Part shown: positions 1 to 9,571 of the stretch, piece by piece
Numbering within the stretch: the stretch's first letter is position 1
Layout: each line of letters opens with the position of its first letter
From: Thermoplasmata archaeon
Lineage (GTDB): Archaea; Thermoplasmatota; Thermoplasmata; Thermoplasmatales; Thermoplasmataceae
Direction: 5' to 3'
Length of the DNA: 64,000 nucleotides
NCBI GenBank assembly: GCA_049965275.1
Contig: JBMFWM010000001.1
Coordinates: 2,752-66,751 of the forward strand
Notes under the pieces: model-generated
What the model saw: the letters and a program-made list of their open reading frames with translations, nothing else
The model's database searches: none
Told to the model about the DNA's origin: nothing
Program-made: the position numbers and the translations under genes

Positions 1-2063
1 CGGAATCAGCATTTGTAATGTTCAGCCATGGAAGCTCCTTCAGCAGCTCAAATGCTCAATGGGCACCAACTGGTACCGGGGGAGCATTCACAACGCATCT
101 TATGCCTGGATCTTATGCAATGATGGTTTTGCTCAGTTACCATAACCCTTCCTCTGTTTATTCCATTTCTCTTGGTCAAGGCGGCTTCAGTGCACTTGGA
201 AGCATCACCCTGTCTTCTAACGAAACTGCAGGTCTCTACACTCCCCTTTACGTATCAGCAAATGCCGATCTGGCACAGCTAGCAATGTCGGGTAACGGCT
301 CTGAGAGAAATCCGTATGTTCTTCCCGGATACGATTATTTGAGATCCATAGGTATCGATTCCGTAAGCACGCTGAACGAGGCTTTCAATATAGTTAACGA
401 CTACCTTTTCCCTGAATTCACAGGCATTCTAGTTAAGGATTCCAGCGCCTATGCAGTTATGAATGGTTTCAAGAATCCAGGAGGAGGCCCTGCATTCCAG
501 TATGTGCTTTCAGGTAAACTTAACCTTGCCATCGCCCAGGCCCTTGGCATGACGCCAGCAAACAACCTGGGCGTTTACATCTATAACTCATCACATGTCA
601 TCATGACCAACAGCACCGTATCAGGGGCTTTTCCTGCTGCAATATTCAATGGCAACACCTATTACAACGTCCCCTATGTTGCTGGCCTGACACTGTGGAA
701 CGTCACCTCAAGCCTTGTGGAAAACAACCTGATATGCAGCGAGGGATCCGGGTTGCTGATATATGGCGACGCTTCAATATTATCGGGCAATTACGTCTGG
801 AATAACACGTTTATCAATGCACCCGTTATATCTAATGGATCTTACTATGGTTCTGCACCCATAGGGCTCACGGTAGAAAGCAGTGGGAATACGATTTTCA
901 ACAATATTTTTGACACAACCATAACGATTGTGAGCATTGACGGGTTATATGCAAATATATACAATGACGGCAACGTAACATATCATAATGCATTCAATAT
1001 ATCAAGGAGACCGGCTGCCAGCTCCACAGTTATGGATGGAGAACTTCTCACAGGAAGCATAATTGGAAGCAATTATCAGGGAGGAAATTTCTATTACAAT
1101 TATTTCGGCGATGGATCATCCCCCTACAACGGTAGCGGGCTAGGACTTGCATTTCCCGGGCAGAATATTTTCAACGGAAGTATTAATGATGGATTCGACT
1201 TTGTTCCGCTACAGGTATATACAACAATGGTCAATGTATCGGCATCGGGGCTGCCTGTAAATCAGATCACATACTTTGACATAAACAATGCTATCTACAG
1301 CATTAGCTACAACAGTGTAAAGAGCATATACGTTCCTAACGGCACATACCAGATCCTAGGGTTTATCCTCCTCAATACTGAGGAGCAGTTTGTGCCAACT
1401 TCATACATTGGTTCGCAGATGCTGCAATCCGGAATTTTTTACGTCCATGGACCTGTGGGGAACATATTCATTGGGTATAACCTATACATGAATGTCACTG
1501 TCAAGGAAACCGGGGTGCCCGCAGGATCAACGTGGGGTTTCTCAATACCGCAGGCTGGTATTGGGTTCACTCTGGATGGTGGCAGCGTATCAATTTTCCT
1601 TGAGTCTGGAAAACTTTACCAGATATTCCCGCAGTCCGTACCGGGATATTATACAGACAGCGTATATCCATTCTCAGTCTCCGGGTCCCCGCTTAACATC
1701 ACAATAGCTTACTTCCCGACAGGTATGCCATCCTCGTTCTCGGTCACTTTTCATGAAACCGGACTTCCCAGCGGTACCCTCTGGCACGTCTATATCGACA
1801 CACAGGAATTCAACAGCACTTCTCCTACCATGACTATCATTAACATTACAGATGGAACATATGCCTACAATGTGACTCATATAAGCGGATACCAGAATAT
1901 CTTGGGGCAGCAATTCACGGTTAATCAGTCCAATATTACAATCGACCTGATGTTTACAAGAACTGCAGGCAGCGCATCATCGCTGTACATAATTGTGGCG
2001 GCAATTGTGGGTCTGGCCGCTGGATCTATTATATCTTATGCGATACTGAGAAGAAGACGCTGA
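1..2063 (+). CDS. Cell-surface glycoprotein, 5' end off-window (beta-helix-like repeats, two C-terminal ETGxPxGxxW modules, C-terminal TM anchor)
   Basis: The frame stays open from the first ATG (18) back to the window edge. N-x-S/T sequons are very dense. There are repetitive N/S/T-rich stretches typical of parallel beta-helix proteins. The C-terminus has a hydrophobic helix (LYIIVAAIVGLAAGSIISYAIL) followed by RRRR. Confidence 0.7.
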   Translation, partial: ESAFVMFSHGSSFSSSNAQWAPTGTGGAFTTHLMPGSYAMMVLLSYHNPSSVYSISLGQGGFSALGSITLSSNETAGLYTPLYVSANADLAQLAMSGNGSERNPYVLPGYDYLRSIGIDSVSTLNEAFNIVNDYLFPEFTGILVKDSSAYAVMNGFKNPGGGPAFQYVLSGKLNLAIAQALGMTPANNLGVYIYNSSHVIMTNSTVSGAFPAAIFNGNTYYNVPYVAGLTLWNVTSSLVENNLICSEGSGLLIYGDASILSGNYVWNNTFINAPVISNGSYYGSAPIGLTVESSGNTIFNNIFDTTITIVSIDGLYANIYNDGNVTYHNAFNISRRPAASSTVMDGELLTGSIIGSNYQGGNFYYNYFGDGSSPYNGSGLGLAFPGQNIFNGSINDGFDFVPLQVYTTMVNVSASGLPVNQITYFDINNAIYSISYNSVKSIYVPNGTYQILGFILLNTEEQFVPTSYIGSQMLQSGIFYVHGPVGNIFIGYNLYMNVTVKETGVPAGSTWGFSIPQAGIGFTLDGGSVSIFLESGKLYQIFPQSVPGYYTDSVYPFSVSGSPLNITIAYFPTGMPSSFSVTFHETGLPSGTLWHVYIDTQEFNSTSPTMTIINITDGTYAYNVTHISGYQNILGQQFTVNQSNITIDLMFTRTAGSASSLYIIVAAIVGLAAGSIISYAILRRRR
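1491..1955 (+). repeat. Two tandem ~75-aa coding repeats (VTVKETGVPAGSTWGF... / VTFHETGLPSGTLWHV...)
   Basis: Both copies start with V-T-x-x-ETG-[VL]-P-x-G-[ST]-x-W and end with an N-I-T-I-x-x-x-F type strand. They are visible directly in the translation of 18..2063. Confidence 0.6.
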
Positions 2064-2072
2064 GAGAGCGCA

Positions 2073-2888
2073 TCATGAAGACATGTTATTCTTCAGGAAC
2101 TCTTCACCGAACAGCTTGCATGTAATGTAACCAACCAGGGCTGAGATACCCCGGATAATGTACCAGAAATTGATTATCTGCGGCTTGAATATTTCGGATG
2201 CCCTGAAGTGGCTCCAGACGTTTTCATGCTTCAGCGTCAACTGCTTTCGCCCGAATCCATTCCAGAATGCCTGCTCCACGAAGCCAACAACAGTGCTTCT
2301 CGCTCTATGGTATATAGTGCAGTCAGGGCAGTATTCTATCCTGGCTCCATGCATAACAGCCCTGATGTTTAGATCGATATCCTCAGCCGTGACGAAGATG
2401 GGATCAAATCCCCCAATCTCCAGGAAAAGTGACTTTTCATAACCAAGGTTAACGCTCGGATATGTGACGTCAAAATCATCAAAAAAAAGCTCAACCCGCC
2501 CAAGGCGCTCAAATGGCTGATAACCCATGGCAATAGCCTTCCCGGCCACCACTTTAGCTCCTTTCTTGAACAAGCGCCTCATTTTCATTATCCAGAACGC
2601 GTTTGCAATAGCATCGCCGTCCGTAAAAAGAACGTAGTCATAGACGGCCTGCCTCACTCCAATATTTCGACCCTCACCCCTGCTGCATTTCTTCTGGATC
2701 AGGTGCACAAACGGGAACTCGATCGAATACTTTAGCACTATATCGGCCGTCTCATCCTCGCTCAGCGAATCTACAACTATAACCTCGAACGGCTGCTCCT
2801 GCGACACAAGGCTGTCAAGAAGATCGACAATGTACTGCCCCATGTTAAGTGTAGTTATGACAACCGAAATGCCGTCCGGATCCCCCAT
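2073..2888 (-). CDS. Family 2 glycosyltransferase
   Basis: N-terminal ISVVITTLN...VVDSLSED and TDGD motifs are typical of the GT-A / GT2 fold. It lies next to a glycosylated surface protein gene. Confidence 0.8.
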   Translation of the reverse strand: MGDPDGISVVITTLNMGQYIVDLLDSLVSQEQPFEVIVVDSLSEDETADIVLKYSIEFPFVHLIQKKCSRGEGRNIGVRQAVYDYVLFTDGDAIANAFWIMKMRRLFKKGAKVVAGKAIAMGYQPFERLGRVELFFDDFDVTYPSVNLGYEKSLFLEIGGFDPIFVTAEDIDLNIRAVMHGARIEYCPDCTIYHRARSTVVGFVEQAFWNGFGRKQLTLKHENVWSHFRASEIFKPQIINFWYIIRGISALVGYITCKLFGEEFLKNNMSS

Positions 2889-2891
2889 GGA

Positions 2892-3083
2892 CTATACCCA
2901 ATCCATCCGCTTCAACTCACGTTCCTTCTTCGTCGCTTTTTTGTATTCCTTGTAATGTTCCCTGCAGAGATGGACTTTACCCTTGCCCTCAATCGAGGGA
3001 AAAGCCTTGTGTGCTAGATCTGCGGGCACTGTCTGGAAGCTGTCGTTAGTGCAACCTGGCACCTCACACTTCTTATCTGCCAT
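2892..3083 (-). CDS. Small zinc-finger protein (CxxC...CxxH), basic C-terminus
   Basis: 63 aa with CEVPGC ... CREH as putative Zn ligands and a K/R/E-rich tail. It is only 3 nt upstream of the GT2 gene start on the same strand. Confidence 0.5.
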   Translation of the reverse strand: MADKKCEVPGCTNDSFQTVPADLAHKAFPSIEGKGKVHLCREHYKEYKKATKKERELKRMDWV

Positions 3084-3149
3084 ACCGCAACGAATCCAGA
3101 ACTACATAGATGTATTTTTCGGTGCGGAATTTAATGTCGAACAATAAAT

Positions 3150-3453
3150 GCCCGGAGTAAGCCTCTTTCTGTTCCCCGCTTTTTGCGGCTGACAGCATTC
3201 GACTGATGACCTTTCGGTCTGCGTCTTACCCGGCCCTTGCGGTAACCTCACTGGGCCTGTTTAGACTTTCTCCATTCAGGGAGAGTTCCCATCGGTGCTT
3301 CCAGGAACGTCATCGTTCTGAATCACACTTTGCTGGAAACCGTGCATTTCTTTTCTCTTTACCATCCCTCTCGGGATACCGGCTTGCGCCGGTTGAACTT
3401 TACCATGGAGAGAGGACTTTCCTCACTCTTTCGAGCGTTAGCTGTCCTCGGGC
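3150..3453 (-). ncRNA. rnpB: RNase P RNA (archaeal type)
   Basis: The minus strand reads GCCCGAGGACAGC...GAGTGAGGAAAGTCCTCTCTCC... (CR-I GAGGAAAGUCC; plus-strand 3414-3424). It continues to ...GGGGAACAGAAAGAGGCUUACUCCGGGC (CR-V ACAGAA..GGCUUA; plus-strand 3157-3172). The 5' GCCCGAGG and 3' CUCCGGGC ends can pair as P1. Length is ~304 nt. The region is GC-rich within an otherwise gene-free 460-bp gap. Confidence 0.85.
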
Positions 3454-3545
3454 TTTTACATTCGGTCAAAGAAGAGTGAACAACTTTATTAGCTTTATTG
3501 GTGAATGTTCAGAAAAAAAGTGGTTTCAGTGCCGATCGCCATATA

Positions 3546-4163
3546 TCATACCTGAATCTTTTCTGCCCATTTCCTCGAGATCAGCATGTTTGCAAAACCC
3601 TCCTTCAGATGGACTATATCATTATTCCTGAGCACATAGTCCCCTTCAGGTTGTGATATAGGTGGAAGATCTGAAGTTATCCGCAGAAAAACATAATTAT
3701 CCTGAACCTTTTTCTGCTCTGTTACAGGCTGTAGCTCTATCTCTTCTCTCGTAACCACAGGAACCGGGACCTCGCGTTCCGAAGTATCGGTGAACCTGTG
3801 TATCATGTCCTGTATAATCTGCTTCTGCTTTTCAAGGAATTCCTTTTCCTCTGAAGTAAGCTGGTTCCATTCCTCTCCTTCAATCTCATGCAGGGAGAGA
3901 CGCATTAGCTTGCTGAACCTGAGTTGGAAAAAGACCGTAAAATCGGTCTCCACCTGCTTAATGCGCTCCTTTATCTTCATGTATTTCTCGATGTCAGAAG
4001 CAACGGCTCCATCCGCCTCGATCCTGAGGGTTCGGAGAGCTTCCAGTACACTGCGGTAAAAGTCTGATTCTATTTTCCTGACTTTTTTAGAGCTTTTCTC
4101 CACCCTCACAGCAGTCTGCAGGTCTGTGCAAACCTTGTCAACCTGAATGGGTGTAAGCGTCAT
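3546..4163 (-). CDS. GINS subunit (Gins51/Sld5-like) candidate
   Basis: An alpha-helical N-terminal half carries the ...KIESDFYRSVLEALRTL... pattern. A short beta-rich C-terminal domain (GDYVLRNNDIVHLKEGFANMLISRKWAE) matches the A+B domain layout of archaeal Gins51 as I remember it. Confidence 0.5.
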   Translation of the reverse strand: MTLTPIQVDKVCTDLQTAVRVEKSSKKVRKIESDFYRSVLEALRTLRIEADGAVASDIEKYMKIKERIKQVETDFTVFFQLRFSKLMRLSLHEIEGEEWNQLTSEEKEFLEKQKQIIQDMIHRFTDTSEREVPVPVVTREEIELQPVTEQKKVQDNYVFLRITSDLPPISQPEGDYVLRNNDIVHLKEGFANMLISRKWAEKIQV

Positions 4164-4228
4164 AGTGGTTAATCACCGATGCGATATTATTATCTTTCTG
4201 ATGATAAATTCCTCCTACTTGCTGAGGA

Positions 4229-5068
4229 TCATAATTGCATGGAGAATACGTACTCGGGAAGTTCCTGAAAAATCGATGCAAATATCTCCTCATGATTCCT
4301 GTACTGTTCCCTTATCATTATTGCCCTTTTTGGGACGGAATCGGGTGGAATGACCTTGTCTGGTTTAGCAGGATCGTCCACGTAATCGCTTTCAAGCATG
4401 AAATTCCAGATATTTTCATGAACTGCATTTCGCACGTTGTCTCTTGTTGCTAGAATGGACCTGGAAATTTCGGGACGCATTCGATTGAACTCTGGTGAAG
4501 CGTGGTGTTTGACAATTTTCCTCGGATTGGCTCCTGCCTGAATGGCCATTGTGTAAATGCCTTCAATTCCTGTAAGATCGAGGTCTTCAGTATGGAGTAC
4601 CACGGCACACCCTATTTCGCTGGATAACTGCATGCAACGCAGCATTATCTCGTTAGAATCTTCTGTAACCCGCGGTTCTACAGGAAAATGCGGTCTTCCG
4701 ATTTCACCAATTGCGCTCGCCCGGTTCTGCATGCAGTATTTAGCGGCAATTTCAACTCCATCAAGCATCATCTGTTTGGCATTAAACCGGCCCTTTTCCC
4801 AGAAAAAATAGTCAAGCGGGTACGGACCAAGCGTTACTGACACTTTTAACCCGCTTTCACGTACCATATCTGCCAGTTGAACCGTTATCTCATAGCGTCT
4901 TTCATAATAATTTGAATATCCGATCGAATAATCTGGTAGATTAACAAGGTTAATTCCTGATCCACCTGATGCCTTGAACCTCTTGACGGCTTCTTTCCCC
5001 TGCTCCCCTGGATTCAGGTGGAAGTGTGCGTCAAAAGCTCCAGGGATGACGGATGATCCCATTTCCAT
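4229..5068 (-). CDS. TatD-family metal-dependent hydrolase
   Basis: N-terminal DAHFHL metal-binding motif, internal VLHTED, and TIM-barrel amidohydrolase-like spacing. Confidence 0.75.
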   Translation of the reverse strand: MEMGSSVIPGAFDAHFHLNPGEQGKEAVKRFKASGGSGINLVNLPDYSIGYSNYYERRYEITVQLADMVRESGLKVSVTLGPYPLDYFFWEKGRFNAKQMMLDGVEIAAKYCMQNRASAIGEIGRPHFPVEPRVTEDSNEIMLRCMQLSSEIGCAVVLHTEDLDLTGIEGIYTMAIQAGANPRKIVKHHASPEFNRMRPEISRSILATRDNVRNAVHENIWNFMLESDYVDDPAKPDKVIPPDSVPKRAIMIREQYRNHEEIFASIFQELPEYVFSMQL

Positions 5069-5141
5069 ATATCATGGCAAAATGCTTATAAGTATGCTCC
5101 TGAAAAGTGCCTCTGAGTTGTATTGCAATTAATCAACAAAG

Positions 5142-5151
5142 CTTTATTATT
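5142..5151 (+). promoter_or_regulatory. Candidate TATA box for psmA
   Basis: CTTTATTATT lies ~35-40 nt upstream of the ATG at 5184. An AGGTG SD-like element is at 5172-5176. Confidence 0.3.
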
Positions 5152-5183
5152 CAAGATCCAATTTGCTGTGAAGGTGTTAGGCA

Positions 5184-5888
5184 ATGCAGCAAGGTCAAAT
5201 GAACTATGACAGGGCAATTACAGTCTTTTCCCCGGATGGGAGGTTATTTCAGGTTGAGTACGCGAGGGAGGCAGTCAAGAAAGGATCAACAGCACTTGGT
5301 CTCAAGTTTTCAAACGGGGTTGTTCTTATTTCCGACAGAAAGGTAAGGAGCAGGCTTGTAGAGCAGAACTCAGTTGAGAAAATACAGCTGATTGATGACT
5401 ACGTAGCAGCAGTGACATCAGGCCTGGTTGCAGACGCTAGGGTATTGATAGATTTCTCCAGAGTTGCGGCACAGCAGGAAAAAGTAACATATGGGGGCCT
5501 GATAAACATGGAAAATCTTGTCCGCAAAGTGGCTGACCAGATGCAGCAATACACTCAGTACGGCGGAGTCAGACCTTATGGTGTTTCGCTTATATACGCA
5601 GGAGTAGACAGGGTTGGACCCAGACTCTTCGACTGTGATCCAGCTGGAACAATAAACGAATACAAGGCAGTAGCAGTGGGATCAGGAAAGGATCAGGTAG
5701 TCGCATACCTTGAGAAAGAATACAAGGAAGACCTTAAGGAGAAGGAAGCAGTCGCTCTCGGCATTGCAGCCTTGAAGGTTGCACTCGAGGAAGAAGGCGG
5801 CGTGAAATCCCCCGAGATCGCAACAATTACTGTAGGTAACAAGTATTACTTCTACACAAAGGAAGAGACTGCAAAGTTCACTTCCTGA
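5184..5888 (+). CDS. psmA: Proteasome subunit alpha
   Basis: N-terminus [24 protein letters not shown] is the canonical proteasome alpha signature. Length is 234 aa. Confidence 0.95.
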   Translation: MQQGQMNYDRAITVFSPDGRLFQVEYAREAVKKGSTALGLKFSNGVVLISDRKVRSRLVEQNSVEKIQLIDDYVAAVTSGLVADARVLIDFSRVAAQQEKVTYGGLINMENLVRKVADQMQQYTQYGGVRPYGVSLIYAGVDRVGPRLFDCDPAGTINEYKAVAVGSGKDQVVAYLEKEYKEDLKEKEAVALGIAALKVALEEEGGVKSPEIATITVGNKYYFYTKEETAKFTS

Positions 5889-6073
5889 GTAAAAAACCAG
5901 TAAAATCTGCATTTAAAATAACTTATGCAACCAACCATGGCCTAGGACGTGGCCATTCAAATGCTTTTTAAACATTTAACCCAAATCGGTGATTTTATCT
6001 CCTCCGAGAAAGGATCAAACTTATTGCATTCAGGTAAAGAATTAAATGTAAAAATTTTATACTCGCTGCAAAG

Positions 6074-6766
6074 ATGGTAAAAGTAGAGGATGCCATAGTC
6101 GCAAAGCTTGAGTCGCACGGGCACCGTTTTGAGATACTGGTTGATCCGGACGCTACAGACCGTATAAAGACCGGGATTATTGACATAGACAAGGATCTCG
6201 CACTTGATCAGGTGTTCAAGGATTCAAGGAAGGGAGAGAAAGCAGGTGAAGAAACCCTTAAGGAAGTATTCGGAACCACAGATATATCACAGGTGGCAAT
6301 TGAGATAGTGAAGCGCGGTGAAATCCACCTTACGACTGAACAAAGAAGGGAAATGCTCGAAAAAAAGAGGAAACAGATAGTCGAAATGATTGCCAGGGAA
6401 GCAATCAACCCACAGATGAACGCGCCTCATCCTCCTGCCAGAATACTTCAGGCAATGGAGGAATCAAAGGTGCATATCGACCCTTTCAAGAGTGCATCTG
6501 ATCAGCTCCAGACTGTCCTGAAAGCGATAAAGCCGCTGATCCCGATACGTATGGAAAGGATCAAAATCGCGGTAAAGCTGGTGGGGGACGCCTACGGGAG
6601 GGTGTATGGAGAACTTGCAAGAAGCGGATATATTGTCAAGGAAGAATGGGACCACTCCGGTGCATGGATTGGAATGCTTGAAATTCCAGCTGGAATGAGG
6701 GGTGATATCCTGGATCTCATCAGCAGGAAAGGCAAGGAAGGCGCAGAAGTCAGGTTGCTAAAATAA
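6074..6766 (+). CDS. SBDS-family ribosome maturation protein
   Basis: The [21 protein letters not shown]-terminus and three-domain length (230 aa) are typical of archaeal SBDS. It sits downstream of psmA, as in the archaeal exosome superoperon. Confidence 0.85.
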   Translation: MVKVEDAIVAKLESHGHRFEILVDPDATDRIKTGIIDIDKDLALDQVFKDSRKGEKAGEETLKEVFGTTDISQVAIEIVKRGEIHLTTEQRREMLEKKRKQIVEMIAREAINPQMNAPHPPARILQAMEESKVHIDPFKSASDQLQTVLKAIKPLIPIRMERIKIAVKLVGDAYGRVYGELARSGYIVKEEWDHSGAWIGMLEIPAGMRGDILDLISRKGKEGAEVRLLK

Positions 6767-6768
6767 GT

Positions 6769-7308
6769 TCAGCTGGCTAGCTTGGGATCTATCCAGTAGG
6801 TCATCAGGATATCGTCCACATATTCTCCGTTTATTATGAACTGGGATTTTCTGGCACCTTCCTGGATGAATCCAATTTTTCTATAGGTTTCTATTGCGCT
6901 AACATTGGTTGAGAAGACTTCCAGGTTAACCTTTTTTATTCCGTTCTCCTCGGCCCAGCGCAGTGCCTCCCTTATAAGCTCAGATCCGATCCCCTGATGC
7001 CTGTATCCCTTCATAACTGCTATTCCAAGGTTTGCAGTATGCCTGTTCTTCTTATACACTCCTCTCTGAAGGGTCAGTACTCCTGGAATTTTATCGCCGA
7101 TTGAAGCGACAAGGGTCAGATCATCCGGATTTCGAAGCCTCTCCTGCTCGCCCCGCTCTGTGTACAGATAATATTCGCTGACAAAATAGATGCGCTCGTC
7201 CATAACGCTCTGCATGCACTCTATTATCTTCTTGGCATCTCTTGGTTCTGCCTTTCTTATCAAGAGCCTGTCTGCAGGTGACTCGACATGTTTTCGGATC
7301 AAAGACAA
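6769..7308 (-). CDS. GNAT-family N-acetyltransferase
   Basis: Acetyl-CoA binding motif YRHQGIGSELI (Q/RxxGxG/A) and the overall GNAT pattern. Confidence 0.8.
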   Translation of the reverse strand: MSLIRKHVESPADRLLIRKAEPRDAKKIIECMQSVMDERIYFVSEYYLYTERGEQERLRNPDDLTLVASIGDKIPGVLTLQRGVYKKNRHTANLGIAVMKGYRHQGIGSELIREALRWAEENGIKKVNLEVFSTNVSAIETYRKIGFIQEGARKSQFIINGEYVDDILMTYWIDPKLAS

Positions 7309-7309
7309 T

Positions 7310-7639
7310 TCAGTTCTCTCTCAATACGTTCATCAATCTCTTCAGAACACTTGATATGTCCTTTGATATTTTTTGAACGTTCTCGGCAATCTGTTTATGA
7401 CTTCTCGTAAAGCTTGCAGTCAGCACTGCACCTTCACGGGAAGGCTTTATGACTCCATTTTTTTCAAGTATCCTGAGGGAATACCGAACCTTATGCTCCG
7501 GAAGATTTGTTATTTGGGATAGTTTGATGATTCCAGCGGGCTGCGACTCACGCAGTGCCTCAATTATGGAAATGTGCCTGGCTAGCCTATCCACGTCTTC
7601 GACAAGTTCCCCCAAAATAACATGCTGCTTCTTCTGCAT
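7310..7639 (-). CDS. Winged-helix transcriptional regulator
   Basis: 109 aa. IKLSQITNLPEHKVRYSLRILEKNGVI is a typical wHTH recognition helix plus wing. Confidence 0.6.
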   Translation of the reverse strand: MQKKQHVILGELVEDVDRLARHISIIEALRESQPAGIIKLSQITNLPEHKVRYSLRILEKNGVIKPSREGAVLTASFTRSHKQIAENVQKISKDISSVLKRLMNVLREN

Positions 7640-7700
7640 GTATACCTTAAAGCGTTCTAAAAATAAATAATTGCTTACTAGTTAAGCATATCTGCAGGGT

Positions 7701-7916
7701 TCAAGGATAAATTATCTTACCGTTTTCTGTCACTGAAACATTCTTGCCAATCATTTTCTCTATAGCAGCGACCCTCTGTGAGATATATTCATCAAATTTA
7801 TCGGGTTGATCTGAAACGACCCTAATCTTGACTGCCTGGTACCTCAGCGCTATCTGCAGGCGCAGCTTAAAAGCCTCATCGTAGCCGAGCGATCCAATAT
7901 CGACGGATTTCAACAC
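7701..7916 (-). CDS. Hypothetical small protein (71 aa)
   Basis: ORF only, with no recognisable motif. It is co-oriented with the wHTH gene downstream. Confidence 0.35.
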   Translation of the reverse strand: MLKSVDIGSLGYDEAFKLRLQIALRYQAVKIRVVSDQPDKFDEYISQRVAAIEKMIGKNVSVTENGKIIYP

Positions 7917-8131
7917 TGCATGATGAGATACAAGGTTAAAGCTTTTCCAGCTTCATGTTTGCAGGGCATAGAGAGGCGAAGGAACCCATTCACCGGTGGT
8001 CAAGCAAGATTGCTCCAACCAAGCGATACAGGCAAGCAATTTGTAAATATTCAGTCAGGTCGCAAAGCAATAGGCTAAGGTAACAGCGAAAATGTAAATC
8101 ATTATTTTTGATCTGGCATAACCTGATTGCA

Positions 8132-9571
8132 ATGCGGGTTGAATTCCATAAAGTGGATAATTACAGATACTCTGCATACGATGAGAACAGCATGAATGTT
8201 CCAGCTGAGGTATTTGCATCTGATGCAATGATGGAAGCAGCAAAGCGCGACAGTTCACTGATCCAGCTCCTCAACATCACGGCACTGCCGGGTATTGTCG
8301 GAAGGGCAATTGCGATGCCAGATATCCATCAGGGTTACGGTTTCCCGATTGGTGGAGTTGCATTATTCGACTCTGACGAGGGGCTCGTCTCGCCCGGTGG
8401 AGTCGGATACGACATCAACTGTGGCGTCATACTGATCAGGACTGGGCTTGCCGAGACGGAGGTCTCTCCTTATCTAAAGGATCTTGTTGATTCGCTTTTC
8501 AGGGAAATTCCTGTCGGGTTCAACAAAGCAGGATTACGCAATGTATCTCATAATGATCTGGAGCAAATCTGCCTTTCAGGCGTGCGATGGTCAATTGACA
8601 AGGGGTACATAACCGAGGAGGATTCGCTGAAGATGGAAGACCTGGGGTCATTAGCAGTGGAAAGCACCGCGGCTATATCCGAGAGGGCAAAGGCAAGAGG
8701 GCTGAACCAGTTGCTTTCCATCGGGTCCGGTAACCACTTTGTGGAAATACAGAAGGTGGAGAAAATATTCAATAATTCAGCTGCGTCAAAATTAGGGCTT
8801 TTCGAGGGTGAAGTAATGATTATGGCGCATACTGGTTCACGCGGTCTCGGCCATCAGGTCGCAACTGATTACCTGAAAGCGCTCTCAGAGAGGCCTGATG
8901 GAGTCATTATGCATCCGGAAGACAGCCAGTTGATGTCAGCACACATCAAGTCAAGGATCGCTCATGATTATTTGGAGGCAATGAACGGTGCCGCAAACTT
9001 TGCCTTTGCAAACAGATCACTTATTCTTTGGAAGGTGAGGCAGATTTTTTCCCAGGTTTTCCATATGCCTAAGGATGATCCATCGATTCAGCTGGTATAT
9101 GCCATCTCGCATAACATGGCAAAAATTGAGGATCACATTATTTCCGGCAAACTGCATAAAGTGATCATTCACCGCAAAGGAGCCACCAGGGCATTCTCAA
9201 CTGATAATCCAACATTACAGGGCATATTTAAAGAGACAGGGCAGCCCGTGATAGTACCCGGTGACATGGGAACTGCCTCTTATCTTCTGACCGCAAGCAA
9301 AGGGAACGACGCAATATCATTTGAATCATCTTGCCACGGAGCGGGAAGGACTATGAGCAGACACCAGGCCACATCCAGATTCAGCTACACAGAAGTGTCT
9401 GGCGAACTAGAATCAATAGGGATCAAGGTCAGAGCTGCAACTAGAAAAGGCTTGGTTGAGGAAGCTCCCGGTAGTTACAAGGACATAGAAAGCGTGATAG
9501 AAGTCGTCTCAAGATCTGGAATATCCACGCCTACCTGCAGGCTCAAGCCGCTTGGAGTGATAAAGGGATGA
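8132..9571 (+). CDS. rtcB: RNA-splicing ligase RtcB
   Basis: Motifs PDIHQGYGFPIGGV, GGVGYDINCG, GSGNHF and SSCHGAGR. The ATG at 8132 (MRVEFHK...) is preferred over the TTG at 8108. Confidence 0.95.
   Translation: MRVEFHKVDNYRYSAYDENSMNVPAEVFASDAMMEAAKRDSSLIQLLNITALPGIVGRAIAMPDIHQGYGFPIGGVALFDSDEGLVSPGGVGYDINCGVILIRTGLAETEVSPYLKDLVDSLFREIPVGFNKAGLRNVSHNDLEQICLSGVRWSIDKGYITEEDSLKMEDLGSLAVESTAAISERAKARGLNQLLSIGSGNHFVEIQKVEKIFNNSAASKLGLFEGEVMIMAHTGSRGLGHQVATDYLKALSERPDGVIMHPEDSQLMSAHIKSRIAHDYLEAMNGAANFAFANRSLILWKVRQIFSQVFHMPKDDPSIQLVYAISHNMAKIEDHIISGKLHKVIIHRKGATRAFSTDNPTLQGIFKETGQPVIVPGDMGTASYLLTASKGNDAISFESSCHGAGRTMSRHQATSRFSYTEVSGELESIGIKVRAATRKGLVEEAPGSYKDIESVIEVVSRSGISTPTCRLKPLGVIKG

Noticed and set aside
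3206-3631. 141-aa plus-strand ORF from the ORF track
   Set aside because: It lies antisense across the RNase P RNA (3150-3453) and the 3' end of the GINS-like gene. The sequence is low-complexity and Ser/Arg/Phe-rich, with no motif. It is best explained as a shadow ORF in GC-rich structured-RNA DNA.
7920-7926. ATGATGA box-C-like heptamer suggesting a C/D-box sRNA
   Set aside because: There is no CTGA box D or internal C'/D' at the expected 50-70 nt spacing on that strand, and the heptamer abuts the start codon region of ORF 7701..7916.
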